Shown one piece after another: positions 30,190-43,403 of a stretch of DNA of 64,000 nucleotides (position 1 is its first letter; each line of letters starts with the position of its first letter). This DNA is from Chrysomallon squamiferum (taxonomy: Eukaryota; Animalia; Mollusca). Location of the stretch: assembly GCA_012295275.1 (NCBI GenBank), contig CM022678.1, positions 17,608,001-17,672,000 of the forward strand, written 5' to 3'. The notes under the pieces are model-generated. The model saw only the letters and a list, made by a program, of their open reading frames with translations, was not told the origin of the DNA and made no database searches. The position numbers were made by a program, and so were the translations under genes.

Positions 30190-33100
30190 GAAAGTATATA
30201 AGTAGGTAATTAAGTAAATAATGAAAGTGAAAAGTCATTGAAAATGTTTTTAAAATTAATAGGATAGAACACAGACGCACAGACACACACACAGACAGAC
30301 AGACAGACAGACAGATTGAATAGACACACACACACAGATACATATTCACTTATTTTTAAACTAACCTCGTAACATCTGCACTTTTCCCCACAGTCTCCTG
30401 AACGCCAGAGTTATCTCCCTCGTCCAGCTCTTCGTCTTCGTCATCTTCTTCGTCATCGTCGTCGCCGTCTTCGTTGTCCTCGTCGACCTCGGGCGGGAAC
30501 TCCGACAGCATCTTGGCGTCGTCGACGATTTTGGCGTCGTTGGCGATGGCGCACTGCGCGGCCAGAGCCTCGCTGTCGATCTGCGTCTCGTCGATGCTGA
30601 TGGGGACGGGCACGACGCCGATCTCGAGGCACTTCTTCTGGTGAGCCTTCGACTTCATGTGCTTCGTCAGGTTGCCCTTCGTCTTGAAGGAGAAGCGGCA
30701 GTGGCGGCAGTTGTACGGGCGAAAGTCCGTGTGCGTGCGGATGTGCTTCTTCAGCATGCTCGGCTTCTTGCAGCGGATCCCGCACTCCTCGCAGACGTAC
30801 TTGCCCCTGCCCCTGCCCCTCACGTACACGTAGTCCTCCGTCGTCTTGTAACCCCCTTGGCAGATCTGAACTCGTTTGGCCGTTTTCGCCTCTTTCGGGA
30901 CTTTTTTCGATTCTGCGACCGGAGGAGAGTCGACGAAGGCAGACAACTCCGGCAGTTTTCGCTCCGGTTCTGGTTCCGCAGGTTCCTCTTTTTTTTCGAC
31001 TATTTCGACAATTCTGCTGCACTGGTCGCTCACGTTCAGCTCCTCTCCGTTCTGTTTCTTCTTGAACGTCCAGTAGGAGCTGTGAGTGAGGATTCCTTCG
31101 GAGGACTCCATCATGCTGCTTTCTCCCACCACAGGATTGCTTGTGTAATGAGACTTGTACAGCGACAGCAGCATCTTCGATGTCAGTCCTTCAGGATTAG
31201 GATTGTGAGTGGCAACTCTCCAGTTGCTGTACATGGAGATCTTCTTGTTTTTCCCAATCTGGACGTACATTGGCTGCAGTTTCTGAATACAGCAGAATGA
31301 AATGTGAGTGGCACCGCACAGAGATGGGTACGAGTGTCCGTACAAGAGAAGAGAGATGACCGACTTGCTGAGAACATCTTTGCCTGACGATCCTGGACAA
31401 CCATCTCCTTCAGGAGAGCTCTCACTGTCCTTCAAAACCACTGCTCCTGAATCACCTGGTTTGCTGGACTCTTTGGCCAGGACAACAACTCCTTCAGCAA
31501 CAGTTTTCACTGTCTGAGGATCAGCATCAGCAACAGACTCAGACGGACCAGGAACTAATTTCTCGGCAAGTTTTGCTCTCAGCTGCATCGTTGTACTCGA
31601 ATTGAGACCCTTCTCGTACTGCAACGGAGTGGTCAGTTTTTTCTTCAGGGTATCCGGAGTTTTAGCCATCTGTGGACACGAACTGCCCATTTGCTGGATG
31701 TAAGGAGCATTGCTGATTCTGGCCAGACGGTTCCCACCTGACGGGGAATGGTAGACAGCGCTGGGAATCTGATAGTTCATGAAAAAAGGCTGAGCAACTG
31801 CAACAGGAATGTCGAACGTTTCCACGGGAATGACCGTTCTTGGTCCAATGATGACCGGAGAATTCATCTTCTTCGCAGATTTCTCTGCTGTCCTGTCCGT
31901 GAGCATCTTGAAGTGAGGCAGGTTCAGCGACAGCTGCTTCGTGAGCGACGCTGGGCGTTCCGTGCAGACCTTCTTGGCAGGGGGCGGGGCCGACGTCCCC
32001 AGGGTGAAGCTCAGTTGTCTCATCGGAGCCGTTGTTTTAACGCTGGTCTTCCCGTCACTGATCAGATCGACAACGTTAGCCAGGTCCTTGTCCTGAACAA
32101 CTCTCTCCACACTCATCGACCTCTTCAGCAGGAGTTTGCCCTTCAGTTTCATCTTCCACAGACTTGAACTCGAGTCTGTCGGCGTCTGCGGTGTGCCTGG
32201 TGTAGTTGGGCTGGCAGGAATCACCGATGATGACGATGACGATGATGATGATAATGATGATGATGCAGGAGTTTTAACTGTGGTCACCATTGGTTGACCT
32301 ATCATAGGCATGGCGACAGACTGCTGCTGACCAATGAGTGAAATAGCAGGTGAAGGACCGGCAGCAGATGGACTCTGCAACAGAGAAGATGGGCTCTGAA
32401 TGAGAACTGTCGCTGGTGAGAGAAGGACAGGACTGTTGAAAAACTTGTTGACTTGAACACTTGCAGGCCTCACTTCCTTCGAAGACACCAGTGTTTCTTG
32501 AACAGCAGGTGTCAACTTTGGCGTTAAAGTCTGGGCAACAAGAGGTGACAGAGGGGTGAGAGGAAGAGATAACTTCGACGTAGCTGAGAAAACGCTCCCC
32601 GGAGACTCAACACTCGCTGATGGCGATGCTGCAACAATTCTCGGCGTCAGTGGTGTTGTAGGTGTTGGTACTTTAAACTGGGACGATGTCACTGGACTAG
32701 CAATCACTGATGGTATCAAATTTGATGGAGGCATCATGTGAAGATCTTTTGGTCGGTTTTTCGAACCTTTCGGTCGTCCTTTTTTCCTTGGCTTATTCGG
32801 ATTGTTGATGTTCTCAAAAATTAACCCAGGCTTGGAAGTTCCTGGGTCTTCTATGACTGACGCAACAGGAGCAGGACATGACTGAGATCGGAGGAAAGGT
32901 GGAGGTGAACTGACTGGGAAATATTTCTGGATGATGTCCTTGCCCATTTTAACAAAATCATCCTGAGCATCGGCAGCATGTGACTCTGACCCCGACTCAG
33001 CCTGATTCTTCTGGACACAGTAAAACTTGCGGTGAAGATTAAGAGTCTGTGGTCTTTTGAACGAGACTCTGCACACACTGCAACAAAATCCTCCGTATTC

Positions 33101-35880
33101 ATCACTCCTGTTTGAATCCTCGGTCTGAGAAGTGATGTTGTTGGTTTGAGCAGTGGAGTCCGTGTTTTTGCACAGCAAGTCTTTGATAACACTCTGATGA
33201 GTTGTGTCACTCGCGAGAGCTGCAGCGTGTGGAGCACTAGTCAGCGGTGGAGTGTTAGACAACTGCATCCTTAAAGCAGACGTCGCAGTCACGTTTCCTG
33301 ATGGAGAATCCACTGAGTCACATTTCAGTGACTGACTTCGAGTCAGTAAAGGATTAGCTGCACTCATTTCACTGGCTAGCTTGGGAGTCAGTTTTATTTT
33401 TATCTTTATCTCCTGCGCCGATGGAACCATTTTCATTATTTCTCCATCAGCGTCGGATAAACTTTTCCTTCTTCCCGTGTCGGCTATCTTCCTCGCCAGC
33501 CTGTCCTGGATAGCCTTCCTGCCAGGGGAAAATTTGTCCAGCTTTCCTGTCATTCCAGGACCACTCGCTGCTAACACCCCAGACCCAGGAACCTCTGCCT
33601 GAGAATCACTGTCACCTTGTGGAGGTGCAGAGGAAAGGATGGGGTACCTGCAGCTTCGAAGAACTGGAAGAGCCGTCAGCAGACTCCGAGTCTGACAGCT
33701 TCCAGCTGTACACGAAGAAGTCACTGTACTGCCTGGACAAACCTCGGGCTCTCGGACGTGGAGCGTCGGCCATGGGCATGTCAACAATAGCAGCGTTAGC
33801 ATTAATCAGATTCTGAATCCTCTCTTTGAGCATTTCCGAGGACAGTGATTTAGCCTCCGGAGTGGTTCCTTTATCTGTTGCAGAGGTCTGACTGCTCTTG
33901 CCTGGAATATTATTATTATTATTATTGAGTGAAGATGCTCCTTCCTTATCGTTAACAACAGATTTAGAAGTAGAAGAAGAAGAAGAAGAGTTTTTTGTAA
34001 CAACTTTGGGCTCAATTTTGGGAGTTGGATTGTGACTTTAATGGATTTATCGGGAAGGGTGCAGAAAGATGAGGAAATTGGAATGCCTTTGATGGCTGCC
34101 TGCTGCACCGTTCGCTCAGAGTCTCTAACTGTCTCAGAGCTTTTGTTGCCTCAGAAGGTTCACTTCTTGGTGGAGGAATCTTAACACTCTCAGCGAGCAA
34201 CACAAGTCCACACTGAGACAAAGACACAGACTTAGTAGCAACACTCTCCTTATCTACCACGGCTTTAACACACGTTTCTGAAACTCCTTCAGAACTAACG
34301 CTGTCTTTAGACTGAGGAACACTCGATGCAGGCAGCACTGCGGGCTGTCCTATCAGCTCCATAACCTCGTTCTCCGCACCCTCCTCAACCTCAGACACAG
34401 AGGACTCGCTTGTGTCCATCAGCTGAGCTGATCCACTCTTAGGGGCAATCCTCACAGGGAACTGTGAGTGAACCTGAAGGAGAGCATCGTTCTGCTCCTT
34501 CTGCTGCTTCTCCACGTTCTTGCTCCACTCCATCAACTTGTTCCTGTCAATCTTCTGCCTGATGTTCTCCAGGATGTACTCCTGTTTGACCTTCTCGTCG
34601 TGAACTACGCTGACGTCCTGCTGAACTTCGTCGTCCACTTTGTTCTGGTCGGCCTCCGAGACGTCGCTTGCTTCATCAACATCCTCCTCCTGCTCCTCCT
34701 CCTCCTCCGCCTCCTCTGCAACATCTTCGGCGTCTTCTACGCTGGGCTTCTCCTCCGGAGTAGAGTCTTTCTCCTTTTCCTCCGTCTTCGACTTAAAGGC
34801 TTTAATTGCGTGCGACCTGGACTTGCAGTGCTTGTACAGGTTGCTCTTGGTTTTGAACGAGAAGCCGCACGGCTCACACGGGTAAGGCCGCTCCCCGGTG
34901 TGAGCGCGAAGATGTTTCTGCAGGACGCTCGGCTTGGCGCAGCCTCGTCCGCAGAACTGACAAATATGGCGGCCGGGCTTCTGCGGATGCTTCCTCTTCC
35001 TCCCGGGACTGAACACCTCGGACACGTTGATGACGGTCGGCGCTGCTGACGTCAGCGAGGGAATGATCCGATACGTCGTCACCTGGCCGCCGTCGTCGCC
35101 TTCCGACCTCGTCTGGCTGCAGACGAGTTTCACCTCCCCGTGCTCGGCGTCACCGGACTCAATGTGGTACGTTTCGACGCGATTCTGAGCATCGGCAACG
35201 ACGTCCTCGGAGATTATCATCTGAGCTTTGGGCTCGGGCGAGACGATGCTCTTGATCTGCCCCAGGACGACCACCTCGCTGCCCAGCTGGGAGGGGCCGG
35301 TGACTCTCTCCCGGGACATGTTCTGCAGCTCGGAGTCTGTGACTTGGAACAGCGCCTCCAGAGACAGATTGCGCCTCTCAGCCAGCGAACCTGCAGCGTC
35401 ATCGCTCGTCGCTTCCTCCTCCGTGCAAACTTCGGGGACGTTCTCGTGCACCTCGACAACGGCCTGAATCTCCTGCACGCCTCCGGCGTCGTCAACCTGC
35501 AGCAGATGAGGGGCGGCTTCTCGTTTTGGTTTGTCCTTCTTCGCTGAACTTGTCACCTTGGATCCTAAAATGATTTAAAAAAAAAAAAAAAAATGAAATG
35601 TTTTTAACTTTTGTTTTTTTATCTCATTATTTAGAAAATGTTAAAGTGTGAGAGGCTTTAAAGGAAAAGAGATTCATTTGTATGTGATATTTAAAATAAT
35701 AATAATAATGTTATTAATAATGTTAATAATAATGAATGAATGTTTAATGACACTTCAGGACAAAAAACATCAGCTATTCAGTATCAAATATAACAATAAA
35801 ATAACAACAACAACAACATCAATAATAAGCACTAACAACAATAAAAATAAAATGTAATGATGATGATAATAATAAAAATC

Positions 35881-35912
<32 letters not shown>

Positions 35913-36199
35913 TAATCAATATTATTAACATAACAGTAACAATAATACTGACATATGCACATATCTCAGTAATTTATAATTTTCTGTCAAAAGTCTGCTT
36001 ATTGTGAGTAATGTTTTGTAGTTGCTTTTTCTTTTTTTAAATGTACTTTGAAATTATGTTACTGATATATTATCTACATGAAAATGAAAATAACTGAATG
36101 TTTTCTAGTCTGTACCTGCATCCGTTTGTGTGTCTGACAGTCTTGGAGATTTTGGAGATGTACCTTGTTTTTCTGAGGTGTCTAAAAATAGAAAAAAAA

Positions 36200-36282
<83 letters not shown>

Positions 36283-36533
36283 GCCATCATTATTATTATT
36301 TTTTTTTTTTATTATTATTATTATTACTATTATTATTACTATTATTATTAAGACAATCCTTGTATGTGTGTATTTTATTTTGCCTTTCACTAAACTAATT
36401 CATTATGAACAACAAAATAATAATAATAATAATAACATAAATAAAAATGATAATAATAGCAAAAACCATACCTATAATAACAATATTTATAATAATAAAA
36501 ACAATAACAATAACAATAACAATAAAAAATAAC

Positions 36534-36573
<40 letters not shown>

Positions 36574-36802
36574 GTAATAATAATAATAATAACAATATTT
36601 ATAATAATAAAAACAAAAACAATAAGAATAATAATTATAAAAATAAAGTTTTTTTCACATTTTCTGGGTTGATGTCAATAACACTTTTCTACAAAATCAA
36701 CTTTTTTTTATTTTAGTTCTGAAACATTTACAAGTTAAAATAATTTTATTTTTATATTTAATATTTTTCTTTTTTTTTTTTTTTTTTTTTTTTTGTTTGT
36801 TT

Positions 36803-36839
<37 letters not shown>

Positions 36840-36846
36840 TTATTTT

Positions 36847-36881
<35 letters not shown>

Positions 36882-36947
36882 TTTTAAAAATACCAGAATT
36901 TTTTCTTTTCTTCTTCGCTTCTTGTCCTCCATTTTCACCTTCAGAAC
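20804..36947 (-). CDS. HIVEP: Schnurri/HIVEP-family large zinc-finger transcription factor (~2,700 aa reconstructed; start codon exon not identified)
   Basis: Exons: 36894-36947, 30366-35564, 30006-30131, 28810-28865, 27506-27628, 26806-26942, 25425-26260, 23960-24883, 22952-23059, 20804-21331 (or -21307). Diagnostic sequences: [54 protein letters not shown]; a C2HC finger; [16 protein letters not shown]; [19 protein letters not shown]; [57 protein letters not shown] followed by an acidic tract. Four apparent frameshifts. Confidence 0.95.
21350..22395. repeat. ~1-kb imperfect (AGT)n/(AAT)n microsatellite in the last schnurri intron
   Basis: Directly visible; it produces the spurious poly-Ser and poly-Val ORFs. 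Confidence 0.97.
22414..22855. promoter_or_regulatory. Periodic array of X-box-like palindromes (GTTACCATGGTAAC consensus)
   Basis: Copies start at 22414, 22499, 22545, 22601, 22654, 22701, ~22747, 22796 and 22842. The repeat is certain; a regulatory role is inferred. Confidence 0.5.
22952..23059 (-). CDS. HIVEP: Schnurri C2H2 exon
   Basis: Reads [36 protein letters not shown]; 108 nt, phase 0/0. Confidence 0.93.
23420..23935. repeat. Degenerate AT-rich minisatellite (atcatcatc..aaaacaattttt..ataact)
   Basis: Multiple similar units in a schnurri intron. Confidence 0.7.
23960..24883 (-). CDS. HIVEP: Schnurri exon with two complete C2H2 fingers and the start of a third
   Basis: [18 protein letters not shown]; [25 protein letters not shown] (after a frameshift near 24725); [17 protein letters not shown]. 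Confidence 0.9.
25425..26260 (-). CDS. HIVEP: Schnurri exon, Ser/Thr/Pro-rich, ending in a C2H2 finger
   Basis: Open frame ending [19 protein letters not shown](R), with splice sites in phase with the neighbouring exons. Confidence 0.9.
28869..29790. repeat. ~0.9-kb (AAAT)n microsatellite
   Basis: Directly visible; fills most of the 28866-30005 intron. Confidence 0.97.
30366..35564 (-). CDS. HIVEP: Schnurri giant exon (~5.2 kb) with ZF pair 1 (34810-34968), C2HC finger (33017-33082) and ZF pair 2 (30641-30799)
   Basis: Made of track ORFs 34012-35556, 33806-34108, 33612-33833 and 30356-33802, joined at three homopolymer frameshifts. Acceptor TTTAG|GA at 35564, donor AG|GTTAG at 30366. Confidence 0.93.
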
Positions 36948-38090
36948 CTGAAAATAATTTTTTTTTAATAATATAATTTTATTTTTTCATAAAAATGAAA
37001 ATTATTATTTATCTCTGATGTCTGACTACATCTGTTATAAAACTATTTAATAATTTCTGACTGTACTCATGTGATTTATTTAATTCATTTCTGAAAATAA
37101 AAAATGAAAACAGTAAAAACAAAAACAAAAAAAATATAATAATGAAATTAAAATACTGATTCCAGTAAAAAAATTATTTATAAAAAAAGTTTTAATAACA
37201 TTAATGTCAAACATACAAAGACATACATTCAGATACACTTGTTGACATACATATATACATGCATACAGAGAGACACACAGACATTCAGACACAGAAACAT
37301 ACATAAATTAATAAGAAGATAAACATATATAGTGGTTTCTATAAAAACAAATAATAACCATTTTCATTATTAATTTATTCTTCTTTAATTTTATATATAT
37401 ATTATTTATCTTTGTGTGTGTATGTGCTAGAATATCATGAAAATAGACACCCATACACCCATACATAAATATATACATACAAAAAATTGCACACATGCAA
37501 ACACACACACACACACATTTGATATCTGCACATGTACACTCAAACACTGACATACACATACATACATACATACCCACAAACACACACCTTAAACCTGCAT
37601 AAAGATAAACAACAAACCACATAACACATATACCTACATACATTAAACCCACATACATACATACAAACAGACAGAGACACCCTGTGATTGAATATAAACC
37701 CACTTAAAGACACATACAGACACACACATATACAGATACACACACACACACATATGTACATCCCCTAAAGCAACATAGACACACACACACACACACACAC
37801 ACACAAAGAGATAAATAAATATTTTTCTCTGTATGAGAAAGCAGACAGCAGTTGCACCAGTTTCTGCACTTGCCGTCTGTCACTTTGATATTTATTTATA
37901 GAAACACTCCATTGCCATGACAATTCATCTAGTGCATCATGACAAACATGGCTCTTGTGAGTTTTAAATATATGTGCGATTCTCCGGTGTGCAATTCTTG
38001 TGCGATTCTGTGCAACGTAATTTGTGTATGTGTGCATGCCAGTTTCTGTGTGTGTGTGTGTGTGTGTGTTTTTTTTGTTTATATATGCAT

Positions 38091-38138
<48 letters not shown>

Positions 38139-38545
38139 TTATGATAAATTGGTATTTGAATGTTTGTTATCTGTTATTAACATTCATTGTTTGTATGAGT
38201 TATACACATATACACACAGAAAAACACATATATACACACATATACACACATAACACACACAACATATACATACACTACACTCACAACATATATATACAGA
38301 CACTAAACACACACAGACATTAAACACACATACACTAAACACACAGCCACACACACAGACACTAAGCACACACAGACACACATACACATATAAGCACACA
38401 CAGACACACATACACAGATATACTACAAAAACAGAGACAAACACACATATGGATGAGTTTGTGCTCCTTCTATTTTGAAATGTGATTTTTACATGTTGTG
38501 TGTGTGTGTCTGTTTATGTATGTGTGTAATGTTCATAATGTATTT

Positions 38546-38592
<47 letters not shown>

Positions 38593-39189
38593 TGCATGTC
38601 TATGTGTGTGTCTATATGCATAATGAACATATATTCCTGTGTGGTGAACATATGTATGTTTGTGTGTATATGTGTGTATGTGTGTGTGTGCATGCATACA
38701 TTTCAACACTGCACTGATGCATGCACCATTAATGTACATACACATAAAAACAAGCATCCATTTTGCACTCGCACATAAATAAGAAACAAAAAACATGTTT
38801 TATAAACAACACCACCACACTAAATATAACTGCAATGTAAACAACGACATGCTGAAACTGTAACTCTCTATAATAACTGTTCTCAACGCTCAAAAAAATT
38901 TATAAAAAAATAAAAAAATGTAACACCCCCACCCCTGGAAACAAAACTAGATCCGTTTTTTTTTGTTTTTTTTCTGCACACATTACCCTACAATCCCAGT
39001 TTTTGACATTAAGTCATTAGACTTCAAACCCCACCTCTAGAAACAATGGTGGGTCTGGTCCTGTAGACACAGACTGAAAACAAAACTGGGAAAGTTTCAT
39101 TAATCAATATGTACACTGCATCAGCCGAACGAACGTACATCGCTTCTTTATTGACTACAACATCGCCATCGTCTACATCATCTGCAGTG

Positions 39190-39965
39190 ACAGCTACAGG
39201 AGAGGTTCCACCAATCACTGCAGGAGAAAAAGGAAGGGTGTGCAAGAAGATCCGAAGTGATAATTTTCAGGATAAGTTCCAGAATTTATTTATTCCGGCA
39301 GGGGGAAATATGAAGAAGGTGCCAGATAATTTTGGCACAGTTGCAGGAAGGGTTCAACAATTAATTCTAGTAGGGGAAGGGTTGGGTGTGTGTGAGCATG
39401 TCTGGAATATTAACCAATAGGAGAGGTTCAAGGATTTACTCCAGTTCCAGTAGAGGTAAAGAAGGGGTTGTAGTACTGAACACTAACCCCATCAAAATCT
39501 ACACTTGCTGGAATTTCAGTAACAGTTCCAGGAGAGGTTCAACGATTAATTCCAGCAGGAGTGTGTGTGTGTGTGTGTGAGAGAAAACCTGAATGATGTT
39601 GAGGATAGCTTCTGGAGAAAGATTCCACAATTAATTCCAGCTGAGGAATAATAATATAAGCAAAGCTGGCATGTGATGACTTTGTAGGATTGGCTCCATT
39701 AGGAGCATGTGAGCATGTTTGGAGTGACAGTTTAAAGGATAGGTTCCAGAATGTATTCCGGTAGAGGGAAGGGGTGTGTGTGTGGGTGTGTGTGTGTGTG
39801 TGTGGGTGTGTGTGTGTGTGTGGGTGTGTGTGCATGTATGTGTGTGTGTGTGTGTGTTTGTCTAGGGTAGCAACATGTAGGAAAGGTTCTAGAACTGAGT
39901 CTGATAGGGGTATCTGAGATGATGTAGTGAGTGTCATAGCCTGTGGGAGAGATTCTGTATTAATT
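39190..39965. repeat. Degenerate repeat array with a ~26-bp conserved core (AGGAGAGGTTCmAsAATTAATTCCAG-like) and variable spacers
   Basis: Cores near 39198, 39269, 39345, 39419, 39530, 39614, 39736 and 39879. Confidence 0.7.
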
Positions 39966-40315
39966 ATAATATAAAAGAAGTCTGCTGAAGTGTGTTTCTG
40001 TACAAATGTGTCACTGTTACCGATAACTCTGGAACTGCCCCTTCATTCAGCTTCACCAAGTGAGAAATTACGTGACCTTATTTCTTGTTTAGTTTTACAC
40101 ACTGTAACATGAAGACTGTGCATGTAACATAATGCTCACCCCCCCACCCCACCCCGCCTTGTCATGTAACTCAGAAGTGAGTAATCACTGTAATCTTGTA
40201 CTGGCTTACTTACTTACTTTATTTATTTATTTATATATATATTATTTATTTATTTATTTTTTTTTTTTTTTTATTATTATTTTTTTTTTGTTTATTATTT
40301 ATGGTGTATCTGTGA

Positions 40316-40370
<55 letters not shown>

Positions 40371-43367
40371 TGCATGTAAATATATATAGATATATACATA
40401 TCTATGTTGCTATCAAATTATCTATATCACGTCTGTGTGTATATAAGTATGTTCGTTATGTAGGTTTGTACCACATATATTTCTGTGCATGTGTATATGT
40501 ACACAAATGTCTTTCCTTAACTCATTAATGAATTTGTTTATATATAATTATAATTATTTGGCAGTGTTTATCACATCTCACTCAGTCAACAGCACTACAA
40601 CTTTTTATTTGTGTAATCTGCCCTTTCTACAACTTCCCCATCTTTAATCTGAGACGTCTGTAAATTTTTAACCTCCCTTTTATTTATTTTTTATCGTTAA
40701 ATATCTTCATCGTTTAACCTCACTTACCTACCCCTATAAACATCTGTCCAGACTTAGAAACAGAATATCTTAATGGCATTAATTAATTTATATTTTGTAC
40801 TTATCAATCAATTCAGTCTCAGTTATCTCCCCCTGACAACTGGTGTTGAAACAGCTCTCAGGTGTAAACAAGATACAAACAATAACGAATGACCTCGTCA
40901 AATTTATATTTTCTAAGTGCAATTGTTGCTATTTATATCCTCATTCACCTATCTCTGTCAAAAGGTTTTGGGACCTACCCTTGCCTGTAAACCGTTAGTC
41001 AACGACTTTCTGATTTATCTTCTCAAGTGACACCAATTGACCACATCTAACAACACTTATTTTTAGATTAAAATAATCCTGTGTGTAACAGTACTGTTAA
41101 GTTGATATTTGTCATCAGATACGTCTGCTCTTTCAGTAACAATTGGACAGACCTGACTTTCATGTTTATGTCCCAAAACAAACATTTACTTTATGTAAAT
41201 ACTCAGCTACAACATCTAATTTATTTTTATTTATTTACTTAATCCTAAAATTTACAACACCCCAGTAAACTGCATTGAAACTGCCCTTGTATAAATATGA
41301 AGAAAAAAAAAAAATTGATATTTTTTCATGTACAACATCTAATTTATTTTTATTTATTTAATTAAGCTTATTATTTACCTATCTTTATAACTATTCATAC
41401 TTTTGATGTTTCAGTAAATAAGATATGAGAAAACATTATCGTCAAGGAATTCAGATTATGTAACCAATTTAGTTTTCTGTGACGTCTGCATTTTTTTTTT
41501 TTTAGCCGCCATTTTTCAACTGCATGGATTTTCTTGAGATGATGTTTTCAGTTATGTAACCAATTTATTTGTTAATTAGTTTTTCTGTCACTTTTATGCA
41601 TTTTATCTTAGCTACCAATTTCTCAACTCCATGGAGTTGTTTTAAAACAGCTGGGTTTTTTTTGGTAATTGTTAAAGAAAATGAAAAAAAAATTAAAATA
41701 AGAGCCAAAAGTGAAATCATTCAGTCATGCAGAGAACCAGTGTTTTTGAATGGCATTGCCTTAATGGAAGAACCTGGTCAGCCATTGTCTGTTCACATTT
41801 TGATAGGGTGTAAATGTGTAATTAAACTTTGTCAGTAACATTTCATATTCATACATTTTTAATTGATTAATCTGTCCTCCATGCAGATTCTCATTTTATC
41901 TTGGTTCCCTGTTTGACCTTAATCATAGCCCTCATTATTAGACAAAGTTGTTTAAATATATGTTTTATCAATTGTATATTATTATCAGTTCACATCTGTG
42001 GCATAATTAAATAATTAACCTGTACTTTAACTTGTGCTGTGTTTATTTCTCTAGTGGATAGGTAGAATTATTGATTTTTAAAGACTGCTGTCAGTTTAGC
42101 ATTTGTATTCCTTGTTAGGTGGCCATTAAAGCACCTTTTTAACCTAGACTGGGTCTTAATGAAACATCCAAGATGATTTATAGTGTGGGCCCCATATCAA
42201 ATAAAATCCCTTTTATTTTGTTGTTTTCTAATCACCTAGCATTACCCCCCCCCATAAAATGAACTAGAACTGCCCTTACATATGTACATAGAAAAAAATA
42301 CTATAACATAACTTACTTTGTCATATGTAAGTATCAAAAAAAACCATAATATTAAAAGACCTAATTTAATTTTATCATCTTCTAATAAAACATAACACCT
42401 GTCCACCCCTATAAACTGCAGTGGAACTGCCCTGATATGTATAAATAACAGAAACAAATATCATATTACCTAATTTATTTTGTTGTGTGCAAATGTATGA
42501 GAAAAACGTAATATATGTTAAGACCTAATTTGTTTTTTTGCCATCTTCTAATAAAAACGCAACACTTCTCACCCCCAACCACAGCCACGCCCCTCCCCAG
42601 TCGAGGATCTGGGTCTGTCCTGGACGTGTGAGTCACTCTGCCTGACCTTAGTGGAAAGATATGTCAACAGCTACTAATCAATGAAAAGTTGTGCAACAAG
42701 GAAACCAGTCTACCATTGACTGGTTACATACCAGCAGAGCAGCAGACACACTCACACACATATTATTAATTAGCAACGGAAACTGGGGGAGGAGTGGGGA
42801 AGAAGGAGGGGGAGTTAAAAATATATATATATAAAAAAATTTGTCGCCCACGTAATTTTGAATTCTGTGAACGAATAAATAAAATGTGTGGCTAAAAGAA
42901 TTGGATAGATTTTATTTTTAATTTTTATTTTTATTTTTACTTTTATTTTTATTTTTATTTTAAATGTTACTGGTTATTTGGTGACAAAATGACAAGCTGA
43001 AGAAAGGAACGTATATGCGTTAAAGGCAATTTATTACTTATAAGTCTTTTTGCAGAATGATACCAACAAAGTATCCCACAATACATTGTAAGTTTCACCA
43101 TAAAAACATAATTTTATTTCTTAACAGAAAGGGATCTTCGTTTTTTTTTTTTTTGGTCCAGCATCACAGACACATAACAGCACATATTACAACCTTTGTT
43201 AATTGAAGAGCCCTGGTTTGAACTGGCAAAAACCTGATGTGTCCTCTGAGAAGGACTGATCCACTGACTGCCTCAGAAGAGCACTGAACTACAAGCTTTT
43301 GTCATTCTTGAAAAAGAAATCTGCTGCTGTTTATTCATAAACTGCTTATCACTGACCAGTAAAATGT

Positions 43368-43403
<36 letters not shown>

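Noticed and set aside
33616-33647. 32-nt GT...AG segment as a tiny intron that might explain the third schnurri frameshift
   Set aside because: Too short, and its removal does not give the downstream frame.
24715-34115. Programmed ribosomal frameshifting in schnurri
   Set aside because: Four shifts in different directions at short homopolymers, plus two more in RNGTT; sequencing error is far more parsimonious.
30453-35547. Long antisense and alternate-frame ORFs (e.g. 30641-31300+, 30453-31022-, 34468-35049+)
   Set aside because: Shadow ORFs expected over GC3-rich schnurri coding sequence; no recognisable motifs.
39190-39965. CRISPR array interpretation (also considered for 22414-22855)
   Set aside because: Repeats are degenerate, spacing is irregular, the context is eukaryotic and no cas genes are present.
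43205-43295. Possible tRNA/SINE-like hairpin on the minus strand
   Set aside because: A- and B-box matches are weak and no cloverleaf could be folded by eye.
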